Assembly (NCBI GenBank): GCA_032654565.1
Contig: JAULAX010000007.1
Span: 64,001 to 128,000, forward strand
Direction of reading: 5' to 3'
From: Anaeromyxobacteraceae bacterium
GTDB lineage: Bacteria; Myxococcota; Myxococcia; Myxococcales; Anaeromyxobacteraceae
Length of the DNA: 64,000 bases
Positions 11,890-23,345 of this stretch are shown piece by piece; position 1 is the stretch's first letter, and each line of letters opens with the position of its first letter. The translations under genes were made by a program, and so were the position numbers. The notes under the pieces are model-generated. The model worked only from the letters and a program-made list of their open reading frames with translations. It searched no databases and had not been told where the DNA came from.

Positions 11890-13389
11890 CTACACTGCCC
11901 CGCAGAGACGTGGTTGAGGGGAGAGCGGCGGGCGCCGGGGGGCGTTCCGCCGCGCAGCACGGAACGGGGCGGCCGCCAGGTCGCCCCGTTCGACTTTCAG
12001 CTCCCCCTTCAGCCGCTCCATGGCGTCGAAGGCGGCGTACTTGAAGGCCTCGCCCAGCGTCGGGTAGTTGAAGACCGCCTGGGCGAAGTAGCCGAGGTCG
12101 CCGCCCAGGGCCATGACCGCGTGCCCCAGGTGCACCAGCTCGGAGGCGTGCGGCCCGATGACGTGGACGCCGAGGATCTTGCGGTCGCCCCGGCCGGCCA
12201 GGATCTTCACGAAGCCGGTGGCCTCGCCGATCAGGTTGGCGCGGGCGTTGCCGACCAGGCTGGCCTTGCCCGCCACGTAGGGGATGGACTTGGAGGAGAG
12301 CGACTCCTCGGTCTCGCCCACCGAGGAGACCTCGGGGATGGTGTAGATGCCCACCGGCAGCAGGTCGGAGAGCTGGGTGCGGACCCCCCCGCAGGCGCGC
12401 AGCATGGCGACCCGCCCCTGCTCCATCGACGCCGAGGCCAGGCCAGGGAACCCCACCAGGTCGCCGGCCGCGTAGATGTGCGGGACCTTGGTCTGGTAGT
12501 GGTGGTTGACCTCGAGGATCCCCTTGTCGGTGGCCTCGAGCCCGGCCGCGCCCAGGTTGAGCGCCTCGACGTTGCCGAGCCGGCCGCCGGCCACCAGCAC
12601 CTTCTCGGCGACGATGCGCGACCCGGTGGAGAGCGTGACCAGCACGTCGCGCTCCCCCGGCTCGACGACGGTGGCCCGCAGCCGCTGGTGCAGCTCGATG
12701 CCCAGCTCGACGAAGGCCTCCTGCATGGCGATGGAGAGCTCGGCGTCGAGCCAGGGGAGCAGCCGGTCCTTGGAGTCGACGATGTGCACGTGGACGCCCA
12801 GCGCCGCGAAGATCGAGGCGTACTCGCAGCCGGCCACGCCGCCGCCGAGGATGGCCAGCGAGCGCGGCACCCGGTCGAGCAGCAGGATCGAGTCGGAGTC
12901 GTAGACCCGGGCGTTGTCGAACTTGTACTGCGGCGGGTGGAAGGGGCGGGTGCCGGTGGCCAGCAGCACGATGTCGGCGGTGACGTCCTGGGTGCTGAAG
13001 CCCCCGGGGGCGGCGATCTTGATGGTGTGGGCGTCGACGAAGCTGGCCTTGCCGCGGAAGTACTCGACCCCGGCGCGGCTCAGCCCGTCGCGGATGCGGC
13101 TGTGCTCGCGGGCGGTGACCAGGCCGCGGCGGCCCATCAGCTCGGGGACGGTGACGTGGTCGGAGACCTTCAGCTCGATGCCGTGGGCGTCGCGGTTGCG
13201 GGCCTGCTTGATGGCCAGGGCCGTCTCGCGCAGCGCCTTGGAGGGGATGGTGCCGGTGTTGGCGCAGGCGCCGCCGGGCACCGCCTCCTTCTCCACCAGC
13301 GCCACCTTCTTGCCGAGGGCGGCCGCCTGGATGGCGCCGTTCTCCCCGGCGGGGCCCGACCCGATCACCACCACGTCGTAGTGCAACAT
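11890..13389 (-). CDS. sthA: Soluble pyridine nucleotide transhydrogenase
   Basis: HYDVVVIGSGPAG, GGACANTGTIPSKALRE, YDSDSIL, GIYTIPE, FNYPTLGEAFKYAA. Confidence 0.9.
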   Translation of the reverse strand: MLHYDVVVIGSGPAGENGAIQAAALGKKVALVEKEAVPGGACANTGTIPSKALRETALAIKQARNRDAHGIELKVSDHVTVPELMGRRGLVTAREHSRIRDGLSRAGVEYFRGKASFVDAHTIKIAAPGGFSTQDVTADIVLLATGTRPFHPPQYKFDNARVYDSDSILLLDRVPRSLAILGGGVAGCEYASIFAALGVHVHIVDSKDRLLPWLDAELSIAMQEAFVELGIELHQRLRATVVEPGERDVLVTLSTGSRIVAEKVLVAGGRLGNVEALNLGAAGLEATDKGILEVNHHYQTKVPHIYAAGDLVGFPGLASASMEQGRVAMLRACGGVRTQLSDLLPVGIYTIPEVSSVGETEESLSSKSIPYVAGKASLVGNARANLIGEATGFVKILAGRGDRKILGVHVIGPHASELVHLGHAVMALGGDLGYFAQAVFNYPTLGEAFKYAAFDAMERLKGELKVERGDLAAAPFRAARRNAPRRPPLSPQPRLCGAV

Positions 13390-13440
13390 GACCGGGCTTA
13401 TAGTGCGTTTTCGGGCGCTTGGGCATATCCTCGACGGGAC

Positions 13441-14588
13441 GTGCGCACGCCGCCGAAGAACCCGGTCCTCGGGCAGCTCCAGGTCAACCTGATGGTGGCG
13501 CTCGAGGAGCGGAAGGCCCGGCTCCGGGCCGAGGGGCGCCGCCTCTTCGACTTCGGGCTGGGCGACCCCCGCGAGCCGACCCCGCCGTTCCTGCGCGAGG
13601 CGCTGCGCGCCGCCGTGCCCGAGGTCTCGCAGTACCCCAGCCCATCCGGGACCCCGGCCCTGCGCGGCGCCGTGGCCGGCTACCTGGCGCGCCGCTTCGG
13701 CGTCAGCGTCGACCCGGCCACCCAGGTGCTCCCGGCCACCGGGGCCAAGGAGACCATCTTCCACCTCCCCTTCGCCTTCTGCGGCGACCCGCGGCGCCGC
13801 CTGGTGGTGATGCCCGACCCCGGCTACCCGACCTACGAGGTGGGGGCCCGCTTCGCCGGGCTGGAGCCGGTCAAGGTGCCGCTGACCGCCGCCAACCGCT
13901 TCCTGGTGGAGCCGGAGGCGCTGGGCGCCGAGGTGCTCGACCGCACCCTGATCTACTGGGTCAACTCCCCGCACAACCCCACCGGCGCGGTGGCCCCGCG
14001 CGACCACCTGGCCCGGGTCGGCGCCGCGGCCCTGCGCCACGGCTTCATCGTCGCCTCCGACGAGTGCTACGCCGACATCTACTTCGGCGAGCCGCCGCTC
14101 TCCATGCTGCAGGTGCAGGTGGAGAACGTGCTGGCCATCCACTCCTGCTCGAAGCGCAGCGGCATGACCGGCTACCGCTCCGGCTTCGTGGCCGGCGACG
14201 CCGACCTGGTGGGAATCCTCAAGCGGGCCCGCTCGCACCCCGGGGTGGCCTCGCCGGACTTCGTCAGCGCCGCCGCCACCGCCGCCTGGAGCGACGACGC
14301 CCACGCCGCCGAGCGCCGCGCCATCTTCAAGGCGAAGCGCGACCTCTTCGCGGACTTCTTCCGCGAGCGCGGCCTCACGGTGCACGGCAGCGAGGCCACC
14401 CTGTACCTGTGGGTGAAGGTGCCGGCGGGGGTCGACGCCGCCGGCTACGCGCTCGCGCTGCTGGAGGCCGGGATCGTGGTGGCGCCGGGGACCGCCTTCG
14501 GGGCCGGCGAGGGGTACGTGCGGGTGGCGCTGGTGCCGACGCTGGACGAGTGCCGCGCGGCCATCGACTGCTGGAGGAGGGTCTCACC

Positions 14589-14592
<4 letters not shown>
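13441..14592 (+). CDS. dapC: N-succinyldiaminopimelate aminotransferase
   Basis: Class I/II PLP motifs NSPHNPTG, SDECY, SCSKRSGMTGYRSG; upstream of dapD and dapE. Confidence 0.8.
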
Positions 14593-15413
<821 letters not shown>

Positions 15414-15435
15414 CGCGGCCGGGCCGGGGGGCGCG

Positions 15436-16542
15436 GTGAGCGCCGGCGCAGGCGCAGGCGACGAGGCGCTGGCCGAGGCCCTGGCGGCGCGGACCGCCGA
15501 CCTCTGCGCGCTGCTCACGCCCATCGGCGAGGAGCGGGCGCTCTGCGACCGGGTGCAGGCCTGGGCCACCGGGCGCTTCCCCCACGTCCGGCGGCTCCAG
15601 GACTCGCTGGTGGTGGGCGTCGATGGCGCCGCGGCCCGGGAGGGCCGGCCGCTGCTGGCGCTCTGCGGCCACCTCGACACCGTGCCGGTCCGCGCCGAGG
15701 ATCGCGGCGGGCCGCGGCGGGAGGGCGGGCGGCTCACGGCCCCGGGCGCCTCCGACATGAAGGGCGGGCTGGCGCTGATGATGGCGCTGGCCGAGGCGCT
15801 GCCGGCGGCGGAGCGCTTCTGCGACCTGCTGCTGGTCTTCTACGCCCGCGAGGAGGGGCCGTACCTGGAGAACGAGCTGGAGGTGGTGCTGGCCGGGGCC
15901 CCGGAGCTGCGCGGCGCGGCGCTGGCCATCTGCCTCGAGCCCACCGACAACGTGGTGCAGCTGGGCTGCGTCGGCTCGCTCCACGCCACCGTCACCTTCC
16001 ACGGGCGGGCCGCCCACTCGGCGCGGCCGTGGCAGGGCGAGAACGCCGTGCACCGGGCCGGGGCGCTGCTGGCCGAGCTGGCGGCGCGGCCGCCGCGGGA
16101 GGCGCTGAGCGGCGGGCAGGTCTACCGCGAGGTGCTCACCTGCACCCGCATCGAGGGCGGCCAGGCCCGCAACGTGGTGCCGGAGCGCTGCACGCTCAAC
16201 CTCAACTACCGCTTCGCGCCGGAAAAGACCCTCGACCAGGCCGCCGACGAGCTGACGGCGATGGGGGCGGCCCACGGCGCCGAGGTGACGCTCACCGACC
16301 GCTCGCCGGCCTGCCCGGCCTTCGGCGATCACCCGCTGGTGCAGCGGCTGCTCTCCCGGACCGGCGCGGCCGCCGAGCCGAAGCAGGCCTGGACCGACGT
16401 GGCCCGGCTGGCCGTGCACGGGGTGCCGGCGGTCAACCTCGGCCCCGGGGCCACCGCGCAGGCCCACCAGCGCGGCGAGTGGATCGAGGTGGCGGCGCTG
16501 GCGCGCGGCTACCGGCTGCTGGAGCGGTTCCTGCGGCGCTGA
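15436..16542 (+). CDS. dapE: Succinyl-diaminopimelate desuccinylase
   Basis: M20 motifs GHLDTVP, GASDMKGG, REE, EPTD, HSARPWQG, WTDVAR, QAH. Confidence 0.9.
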   Translation: MSAGAGAGDEALAEALAARTADLCALLTPIGEERALCDRVQAWATGRFPHVRRLQDSLVVGVDGAAAREGRPLLALCGHLDTVPVRAEDRGGPRREGGRLTAPGASDMKGGLALMMALAEALPAAERFCDLLLVFYAREEGPYLENELEVVLAGAPELRGAALAICLEPTDNVVQLGCVGSLHATVTFHGRAAHSARPWQGENAVHRAGALLAELAARPPREALSGGQVYREVLTCTRIEGGQARNVVPERCTLNLNYRFAPEKTLDQAADELTAMGAAHGAEVTLTDRSPACPAFGDHPLVQRLLSRTGAAAEPKQAWTDVARLAVHGVPAVNLGPGATAQAHQRGEWIEVAALARGYRLLERFLRR

Positions 16543-16639
16543 AAAGCCAGTCCTGACGCACCTGTGGGCGCCACCCATGCGGGGCGGAGGCGATTGGCTT
16601 GCGTCCGGACCGGCGGCGCTTAGATAGACGCTCATCGAT

Positions 16640-16999
16640 ATGTCGATGAACGCTGCCACCGCCCGGGTCGCCCACGTCGCCAAGGCCCTCTCCGACCAGA
16701 CCCGGCTCGAGCTGCTGCTGGCCGTCGCCATGGTCCCGGAGCACTCCTGCGCCGAGCTGGTCCGGGCCTTTCCCATCTCGCAGGCCACCGTCTCGCACCA
16801 CTTGAAGGTGCTGGTGGCGGCCGGGCTGGTGACGGTGCGGCGCAGCGGCCAGTTCCACCACTACAAGGTGGTGCCGGGGGCGCTGGCCGAGTGGGCCGGC
16901 GAGCTGATCCGGATCTTCGCCCCGGCCGGCCGGGCCATCGGCGCCCGGCGGCGGGGCCAGGCGCGGGCCCCGGCGGCGCGCGCGGGACGGTCGCCATGA
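16640..16999 (+). CDS. ArsR/SmtB family transcriptional regulator
   Basis: KALSDQTRLEL and ISQATVSHHLKVLVAAGLV. Confidence 0.9.
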   Translation: MSMNAATARVAHVAKALSDQTRLELLLAVAMVPEHSCAELVRAFPISQATVSHHLKVLVAAGLVTVRRSGQFHHYKVVPGALAEWAGELIRIFAPAGRAIGARRRGQARAPAARAGRSP

Positions 17000-17799
17000 G
17001 CCGCCAGCCGGTCCTCTTCGTCTCCCACGGCGCCCCCACCGCCGCGCTCGACACCGGCCCGTACGCCGCGGCGCTGCGCCGCTTCGGCGATGGGCTCACC
17101 GGCGCGGCCCGCCCGTCCGCCATCGTGGTGGTCTCGGCCCACTGGCAGGTGCGCGGGGCGGTCGGCGTCACCGGCGCGGCGCGCCCCGAGACCATCCACG
17201 ACTTCTCCGGGTTCCCCGAGCCGCTCTACCGGCTCCGCTACCCGGCGCCCGGCGATCCCCGCCTGGCCGCCCGCATCGCCGCCCAGCTCTCCACGGCCGG
17301 GGTGCCGGCCTCGGTGAGCGCGTCGCGTGGCCTCGACCACGGGGCCTGGGTGCCGCTGCTGCTGGCGCTCCCCGACGCCTCCATCCCGGTGGTGCAGGTG
17401 GCGCTGCCGGCGGTGCCGCCCGAGGCGCTGCTGGGCTTCGGCGAGGCGCTGCGGCCGCTGCGCGACGAGGGGGTGCTGCTGGTGGCCAGCGGCGGCCTGG
17501 TCCACAACCTCGGGGCCATCGACTTCGCCCACCCCGACGCCGCGCCGGCCGAGTGGGCCCTGGACTTCGAGCGCTGGGCCTGGGAGCGGGCGGCGCTGCA
17601 GGAGCGCGAGCCGCTGGCCCGCTGGCAGCGGCTGGCCCCCAGCGCGGCGCGGGCCCACCCGTACACCGACCACTTCGACCCGCTGCTGGTCGCGGTCGGG
17701 GCCGCCTGGCCCGGCGAGCGGGCCGAGACGATCTCCGACGCCTTCGCCTACGCCACCTTGAGCCTCCGCACCTTCGCGTATCGCCCTCAACCGCAGTGA
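16996..17799 (+). CDS. DODA/LigB-type class III extradiol dioxygenase
   Basis: PVLFVSHGAP, SAHW, TIHDFSGFP, RGLDHGAWVP, SGGLVHNL, AHPYTDHFDPL. Confidence 0.9.
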   Translation: MSRQPVLFVSHGAPTAALDTGPYAAALRRFGDGLTGAARPSAIVVVSAHWQVRGAVGVTGAARPETIHDFSGFPEPLYRLRYPAPGDPRLAARIAAQLSTAGVPASVSASRGLDHGAWVPLLLALPDASIPVVQVALPAVPPEALLGFGEALRPLRDEGVLLVASGGLVHNLGAIDFAHPDAAPAEWALDFERWAWERAALQEREPLARWQRLAPSAARAHPYTDHFDPLLVAVGAAWPGERAETISDAFAYATLSLRTFAYRPQPQ

Positions 17800-17813
17800 A
17801 AGGAGCCGCACCC

Positions 17814-18416
17814 ATGAACCGCATCGTCCGCAGCACCCTGGTCGCCGTCCTCGCCCTCCCGGCCTTCGCCTTCGCCGCCGACACCTGGAACATCGACACC
17901 GCCCACTCGCAGGCCGCCTTCTCGGTGAAGCACCTGCTCATCTCCTCGGTCCGCGGCGACTTCGACAAGACCTCCGGCAAGGTGGTGATCGACGAGGCCG
18001 ACGTGACCAAGTCGACCGTCGAGGCCAGCATCGAGGTCTCCTCGGTCAACACCCGCGACGAGAAGCGGGACGGCCACCTCAAGGCCCCCGACTTCTTCGA
18101 CGCCGCCAAGTTCCCCACCATCACCTTCAAGTCCACCAAGGTGGAGAAGGCCGGCGAGGGGCTCAAGGTGACCGGCGACCTGACCATGAAGGGCGTCACC
18201 AAGCAGGTGGTGCTCGACGTCACCGGCCCGACCAAGGAGATCAAGGACCCGTGGGGGCTGTCGCGCCGCGGCGTCTCGGCCACCACCAAGGTCAACCGCA
18301 AGGACTTCGGCGTCAGCTACGGCCCCGACGCCGTGGTCAGCGACGCCGTCACCATCACCATCGACGCCGAGCTGGTGAAGGAGGCGGCCCCGGCCGCCGC
18401 CCCGGCCAAGAAGTAG
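17814..18416 (+). CDS. YceI family periplasmic protein
   Basis: Signal peptide, WNIDTAHS, KRDGHLKAPDFFDAAKFPTITFKST, GDLTMKGVTK. Confidence 0.92.
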   Translation: MNRIVRSTLVAVLALPAFAFAADTWNIDTAHSQAAFSVKHLLISSVRGDFDKTSGKVVIDEADVTKSTVEASIEVSSVNTRDEKRDGHLKAPDFFDAAKFPTITFKSTKVEKAGEGLKVTGDLTMKGVTKQVVLDVTGPTKEIKDPWGLSRRGVSATTKVNRKDFGVSYGPDAVVSDAVTITIDAELVKEAAPAAAPAKK

Positions 18417-18727
18417 CCGCCCCGTCGTCGCCGCACCTTCGGCCCGGCCACCGGCCTTCCCGGTGAGCCGGGCCGCTCACGTTGGGACGGCGGCCGGGGG
18501 GCGCGGGTTCGAGGCCGAAGGGGCCGCGGCGCGGTCGCCCAGGTCCGGGGCGCGGTCGGCGGAAGGGGGCGCGAGGGCCCTTCGAGCCCGCGCCGGCCCT
18601 CCTCGAAGATTACTCTCGGTCAGGAGAAAGGCGTGGCGTGGCGGGCGATTGGCCGGCCAGCCCCCTTGCCCACCCCCGCCGCGCCGCCACCCCGTTCGCG
18701 GCACGCCGGTTGCTCTCCTCCCCACCG

Positions 18728-19399
18728 ATGACCCGACCGACCGGCGCCCCGGCGCCCGACCTGCCGCGCGAACGGCTGCTGGCCGAAGGCCCCCGAGCGC
18801 TCTCCGACGCCGAGCTGCTGGCCCTGGTGCTGGGCTCCGGGCGCCGCTCCGCCCGCGCCACCGCGCTCGACCTGCTCGAGTCGGCGCCGCTCCAGGAGCT
18901 CTCCTGGGCCCCGCCCGACGCCATCGCCGCCTGCCGCGGGGTCGGCGCGGCGCGGGCCGCCGCGGTGTCCGCCGCCTTCGAGCTGGGGCGCCGCGGCGGC
19001 TGGGCGCCACCCCGGCGCGGCGAGCGCTGCCTCGATCCCGGCCGCGTCCACGAGCTGATGCGCCACGCCGCCCACGCCGAGCGGGAGGGGTTCCACGTCA
19101 TCCTGCTCGACGTCCGCGGCCGGCTGCAGCGGGCGGTGCAGGTGGCCGAGGGGTCGCTCTCGCAGTGCCCGGTCTCGCCGCGCGACGCGCTCCGGCCGGC
19201 GGTGCGTGAAGGCGCCCACTCGGTGGTCTTCGTCCACAACCACCCCAGCGGCGACCCGGCCCCGTCCCCCGAGGACGTCGACCTGACCGAGCGGCTGCGG
19301 GCCGCCGCCGAGCTGGTCGGGGTGCTGGCCCGTGACCACGTCATCGTGGCGGCCGGCGGCTACTACTCGTTCGTGGAGGCGGGGCGGTGGCGGCGGTGA
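18728..19399 (+). CDS. radC: RadC family JAB-domain protein
   Basis: PRERLLAEGPRALSDAELLAL, HNHPSGDPAPSPED, DHVIV. Confidence 0.9.
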   Translation: MTRPTGAPAPDLPRERLLAEGPRALSDAELLALVLGSGRRSARATALDLLESAPLQELSWAPPDAIAACRGVGAARAAAVSAAFELGRRGGWAPPRRGERCLDPGRVHELMRHAAHAEREGFHVILLDVRGRLQRAVQVAEGSLSQCPVSPRDALRPAVREGAHSVVFVHNHPSGDPAPSPEDVDLTERLRAAAELVGVLARDHVIVAAGGYYSFVEAGRWRR

Positions 19400-19494
19400 G
19401 GGGGCCGGCCCCGACCCCGCCGCCGCGCCGGGACCCGACTCCAGGGCCCGGCCGCGCCGTTGCCGGTCGCCCCGGCCATGGTTATACTTCTGGT

Positions 19495-19731
19495 ATGAAG
19501 ACGGCCATCTCCCTGCCCGACGCCATCTTCCGGGACGCCGAGCGGCTGGCCCGACGCCTGAAGAAGTCCCGCAGCCGCCTCTACCAGGAGGCGGTGGCCG
19601 AGTACCTGGCCCGCCACGAGCCGGAGGCCATCACCGTGGCCCTCGATCGCGCGGTGGCGGAGGTGGGCGCCGGCCCCGATCCGTTCACGGCGGCGGCGGC
19701 GCGCCGGCTGCTGGGGGGCTCGGAGTGGTGA
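19495..19731 (+). CDS. Ribbon-helix-helix antitoxin (MazE/ChpI-like)
   Basis: MKTAISLPDAIF...SRSRLYQEAVAEYL; overlaps the toxin start; ends in EW. Confidence 0.85.
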   Translation: MKTAISLPDAIFRDAERLARRLKKSRSRLYQEAVAEYLARHEPEAITVALDRAVAEVGAGPDPFTAAAARRLLGGSEW

Positions 19732-20069
19732 TCGCCCAGGGCGATGTCTGCTGGGCCGATCTCCCCGACCCGGTGGGCTCCGGTCCGGGCTTCCGGCGGC
19801 CGGTGCTGGTGGTGCAGGGCGACGCCTTCAACCGCAGCGACCTGGCCACGGTGGTCTGCGTGCCCTTGACCAGCAACCTGAAGTGGCTGGAGGCGCCGGG
19901 CAACGTCCTGCTGCCGGCGCGGGGCACCGGGCTCTCCCGCGACTCGGTCGCCAACGTCTCGCAGGTGGTGGCGCTCGACCGGGCCCTCCTCACCGAGCGG
20001 GTGGGGCGCAGCTCGAAGCGGCAGCTGGAGCTGGTCTTCTCCGGGATCGACCTGGTGCTGGGGCGGTAG
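19728..20069 (+). CDS. mazF: PemK/MazF family toxin
   Basis: QGDVCWADL, GSGPGFRRPVLVVQ, VPLTSN, DSVANVSQ. Confidence 0.9.
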   Translation: MIAQGDVCWADLPDPVGSGPGFRRPVLVVQGDAFNRSDLATVVCVPLTSNLKWLEAPGNVLLPARGTGLSRDSVANVSQVVALDRALLTERVGRSSKRQLELVFSGIDLVLGR

Positions 20070-20137
20070 AGCGCCTCCGCTCCACCCCGGCCCTGGCGCG
20101 CCGTGGGTGACAGGACGTGCGCGAGGCGCGCCGCCCC

Positions 20138-22585
20138 CTACCGCTTCCCCTTCGGAGGCGCCGCCTTCTTCGCCGGTGGCTTCGCCGGCGCCGGCGGCGG
20201 CCCCTTGGCGGCGGCCAGCAGCCTGCGGGCGTCGGGGTCGGTGGGGTCGAGCGCCACCGCCTGCTCCAGCGGCGCCCGCGCCTCGGCGCCGCGCCCCCCG
20301 GCCAGCAGCACCTGCCCGAGGCAGCGGTGCCCCTCGGGCGTCCGGGCGTCGCGGGCCATGGCCGCCCGGCAGGCCGCCTCGGCGTCGGCGGGGCGCTTCG
20401 CCGCCAGCAGCGCCTCGCCCAGCGTGGCCTGCGCCAGCGCCCCGGCCCCCGGCGCCGCGGCCAGCCGGGTCAGCAGCGCCACCGCCCGGTCGGCGTGGCC
20501 GAGGGCGACGTCGGCGCGGGCGTACCAGAGGGCCGCCTCGCCCGGCATCTTCCCGTCGCGGATGGTCCGCTCCAGCGCGGCGCGGGCCTGCTCGTGCCGC
20601 CCCAGCCCGTGCTGGGCGATGCCCCGCTCCAGCCAGACCAGCCGCCCGTCCTGGGCGTCGAGCGCCTGCAGCGCCGCGCCGAAGCGGTGGGCCCCGCTGC
20701 GGGCCCGGGCCAGCAGCACCCGGTGCTCGACCGCCTTCGGCTCCAGCCGCACCGCCTTGGCCGCGGCCGCCTCGGCCTCCTCCCAGCGCCGGGCCCCGAG
20801 CAGCAACTCGGCCCGGGTGGCCTCCAGCCGGGAGGAGTCGCCCAGCGCGCCGGCCGCCAGGGTGAGCCGCCGCACCGCGCCGGTGATCTCGCCGGTGGCG
20901 GCCAGCACCCGGGCGTAGACCAGCTGCAGCCGCAGCTTCTCGCGCACCGGCGGCGGGCTGGCCGAGTCGGCCTCCAGCGCGGCCAGCTCCTTCAGGGAGC
21001 CGTCGAGCGGGCGGGCCAGCGCCAGCCGCGCCTCGGCGGCGCCCACCACCGAGCGCGGGTGGGTGGGCTGGGCCCGGAGCGCCCCCTCGTAGAAGGCCAG
21101 GGCCCGCTCGGCGTCGCCGGCCTTCAGGTAGCTGTCGCCGAGCGAGGCCAGCGCGCCCAGCAGGGGCGGGGAGGCGGCGGACGCCTTCTCCAGCCGGGCC
21201 CGGCCCGAGTCGAGCTCGCCGCGCCCCAGCTGCGCCTCGCCTGCAAGCCAGTGGACGATCGGCTCCGGCGTGGCCCCGGCCGGCGGCGAGACCAGCGCCC
21301 GGGCCGCCTCGGTCTTCTCGGCGGCGTTGGCAGCGAGCAGCCAGCGCGCCGCCAGCGCCCCGTCGCCGGCCACCGCCGGGTCGACCAGCTCCAGCGCCAG
21401 GGCACGCGCCGCCGCCTCGCCGTGCTCGGCGCCGAGCACGGCGTTGACCTGGGCCACCAGCGAGAGCAGGCGCGGGTCCTGCGGCGAGCCGCTCCGGGCC
21501 CGGGCCAGTACCTCGGCCGCCTGCTGCAGCGCCCCCCTGGTATCGCGCGCCAGCCCCACCCGCGCCTCGCGCAGCGCCCGCTCCAGCTCCTCGCCCTGAG
21601 ACCGGGCGCGGAACCAGGCGAAGGTGCCGCCGGCGCCGGCCAGCACGGCGGCCAGCGCCACCAGCGCCACCGCCCGGCCGCGCTTCGACGGCGCGGCGGC
21701 CCGGGCCTCGGCGTGGGCCGCCTTCTCGCGCAGCTCGGTCTCGTAGCTGGAGGCCAGCCGGGCCGCCTCGACCGGGTCCGGGCCGGCGGCCGCCACCGGG
21801 GAGGCGGCCGGGGCCTCGCCGGGCGGGAGGATGCCGAGCAGCGTGCGCGGGCCGGGGAGCCCGCCCTTCTTCTTTGGGCGCGGTACTGGCGGCGGCGCCG
21901 GCGGCGGCGAGTGGTCGGCCTCGGCCGGCAGGTCGTCGAAGGCGAGCCGGAGCGTCAGCTCCTGGGTGGGGGCCTCGTCGGCGTGGACGGTGACGCTGGG
22001 AGGTGGCGCCGCCGCCGGCTCGCCGCGGGCCGGGTCGGGGACGGCCGGCAGGGTGCCGCGGGTCGGTCCGGCGAGGGGAGGGGAGGTGGCGGGGCTGGGC
22101 TCCGCGGGCGAGTCGGGCGAGGCGGGCGCGTCGTGGGGCGCCGGGTCCACGGCCGCCACGATGGCCGCCGCGGTCCCGCCGCTGGCCCGGCGGCGCGCCT
22201 CCTCCAGCCGGGTCCGGGCGCTCGCGTCGGCCGGCTGCAGCTCGGCGGCTCGAGTCAGGACCGGCAGCGCCTCGCGAAAGCGCCCGGCCGCCACCAGCAC
22301 GTCGCCCACCAGGTTGTAGGCGTAGGGGGTGCCGGGATCGATGCCGATGGCCACGTCGAACTGGTCGTGGGCCCCCTTGGCGTCGCCGGCCTCGAGCAGC
22401 GCCCGCCCCCAGGTGATGCGCCCCAGGATCGACTTCGGGTGGTGCTCCAGCCCGGCGCGGCAGACCTCCATGGCCTGCCGCGAGTCGCCCTGCTCCAGGA
22501 GGGCGCGGGCCAGCTCGACGAAGATCCGCGAGCGCGGATCGGCCGCGAGGATCTGCCGGTACTTCTCGATGACGGTCGGGGCCAC
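20138..22585 (-). CDS. Large TPR-repeat membrane-anchored protein
   Basis: N-terminal TPRs (IEKYRQILAADPRSRIF), Pro-rich linker, one TM segment, many C-terminal TPRs. Confidence 0.75.
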   Translation of the reverse strand: MAPTVIEKYRQILAADPRSRIFVELARALLEQGDSRQAMEVCRAGLEHHPKSILGRITWGRALLEAGDAKGAHDQFDVAIGIDPGTPYAYNLVGDVLVAAGRFREALPVLTRAAELQPADASARTRLEEARRRASGGTAAAIVAAVDPAPHDAPASPDSPAEPSPATSPPLAGPTRGTLPAVPDPARGEPAAAPPPSVTVHADEAPTQELTLRLAFDDLPAEADHSPPPAPPPVPRPKKKGGLPGPRTLLGILPPGEAPAASPVAAAGPDPVEAARLASSYETELREKAAHAEARAAAPSKRGRAVALVALAAVLAGAGGTFAWFRARSQGEELERALREARVGLARDTRGALQQAAEVLARARSGSPQDPRLLSLVAQVNAVLGAEHGEAAARALALELVDPAVAGDGALAARWLLAANAAEKTEAARALVSPPAGATPEPIVHWLAGEAQLGRGELDSGRARLEKASAASPPLLGALASLGDSYLKAGDAERALAFYEGALRAQPTHPRSVVGAAEARLALARPLDGSLKELAALEADSASPPPVREKLRLQLVYARVLAATGEITGAVRRLTLAAGALGDSSRLEATRAELLLGARRWEEAEAAAAKAVRLEPKAVEHRVLLARARSGAHRFGAALQALDAQDGRLVWLERGIAQHGLGRHEQARAALERTIRDGKMPGEAALWYARADVALGHADRAVALLTRLAAAPGAGALAQATLGEALLAAKRPADAEAACRAAMARDARTPEGHRCLGQVLLAGGRGAEARAPLEQAVALDPTDPDARRLLAAAKGPPPAPAKPPAKKAAPPKGKR

Positions 22586-22607
22586 GGCGGCCCGACGTTA
22601 CCACGCG

Positions 22608-23012
22608 TCAGCGTCCCAGCGCCTCGATCACCTTCCACTGCGCGGCGGTGAGCGGCACCACCGAGAGCCGCCCCTGCACGAGGAGCGGGGAGCCGGCGAA
22701 GGCCTTCTGGCCGCGCAGGGCCGTGAGGGTCACCGGGCGGGCCAGCCCCCGACCAGCCCGGAGCCGCACCGCCACCCGCTTGCCGGCGGCGTCGGTCGGG
22801 TCGGGCCGGGGCGCGCCGGCCACCACGGCGAGGCCGGCCACCGCCTTCTCCCCCCCGGTGTGGTAGACGGCGACCCGGTCGCCCTTCGCCATGGCCCGCA
22901 GGTTGAGCTGGGCCTGGGGGTTCTTCACGCCGGTCCAGTCGGTGGCCTCCTCGTCGAGCAGGTCGCCGAAGGCGTAGGTGGACGGCTCGGTCTTGAGGAG
23001 CCAGCAGGCCAT
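22608..23012 (-). CDS. EVE domain protein
   Basis: WLLKTEP, WTGVKNPQA, YHTG, RLSVVP. Confidence 0.9.
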   Translation of the reverse strand: MACWLLKTEPSTYAFGDLLDEEATDWTGVKNPQAQLNLRAMAKGDRVAVYHTGGEKAVAGLAVVAGAPRPDPTDAAGKRVAVRLRAGRGLARPVTLTALRGQKAFAGSPLLVQGRLSVVPLTAAQWKVIEALGR

Positions 23013-23026
23013 GGTCACGCTCCGTG

Positions 23027-23293
23027 TCAGGCGTCGCCGCGCAGGATGGGGTCGAGCTCCCCGGCGCGGTCGAGGGCGTCGAGGTCGCTGAAGCCGCCCA
23101 GCGAGCGCTCCCCGGCGAAGACCTGCGGCACGGTCATCTGCCCGGACTGCTCCACCAGCCAGGCGCGCAGCTGGTCCTTCCCGTCCACCGGGATCTCCTC
23201 GAAGGCGACGCCCTTGCGGGTGAGCAGCGCCTTGGCCCGCACGCAGTACGGGCAACAGGTGGTGGTGTAGACGGTGACCTTGGGAGGGGCCAT
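23027..23293 (-). CDS. grxC: Glutaredoxin 3
   Basis: CPYC, TVPQVF, GGFSDL. Confidence 0.9.
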   Translation of the reverse strand: MAPPKVTVYTTTCCPYCVRAKALLTRKGVAFEEIPVDGKDQLRAWLVEQSGQMTVPQVFAGERSLGGFSDLDALDRAGELDPILRGDA

Positions 23294-23345
23294 GCGCCTT
23301 CCTTAACGCCCGCCGCCCCGGCTGTCGACGCCGGGGCGGGGAGGG

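Noticed and set aside
18728..19399. radC JAB domain as part of the ubiquitin-like system
   Set aside because: Ordinary full-length RadC with host composition, outside the island.
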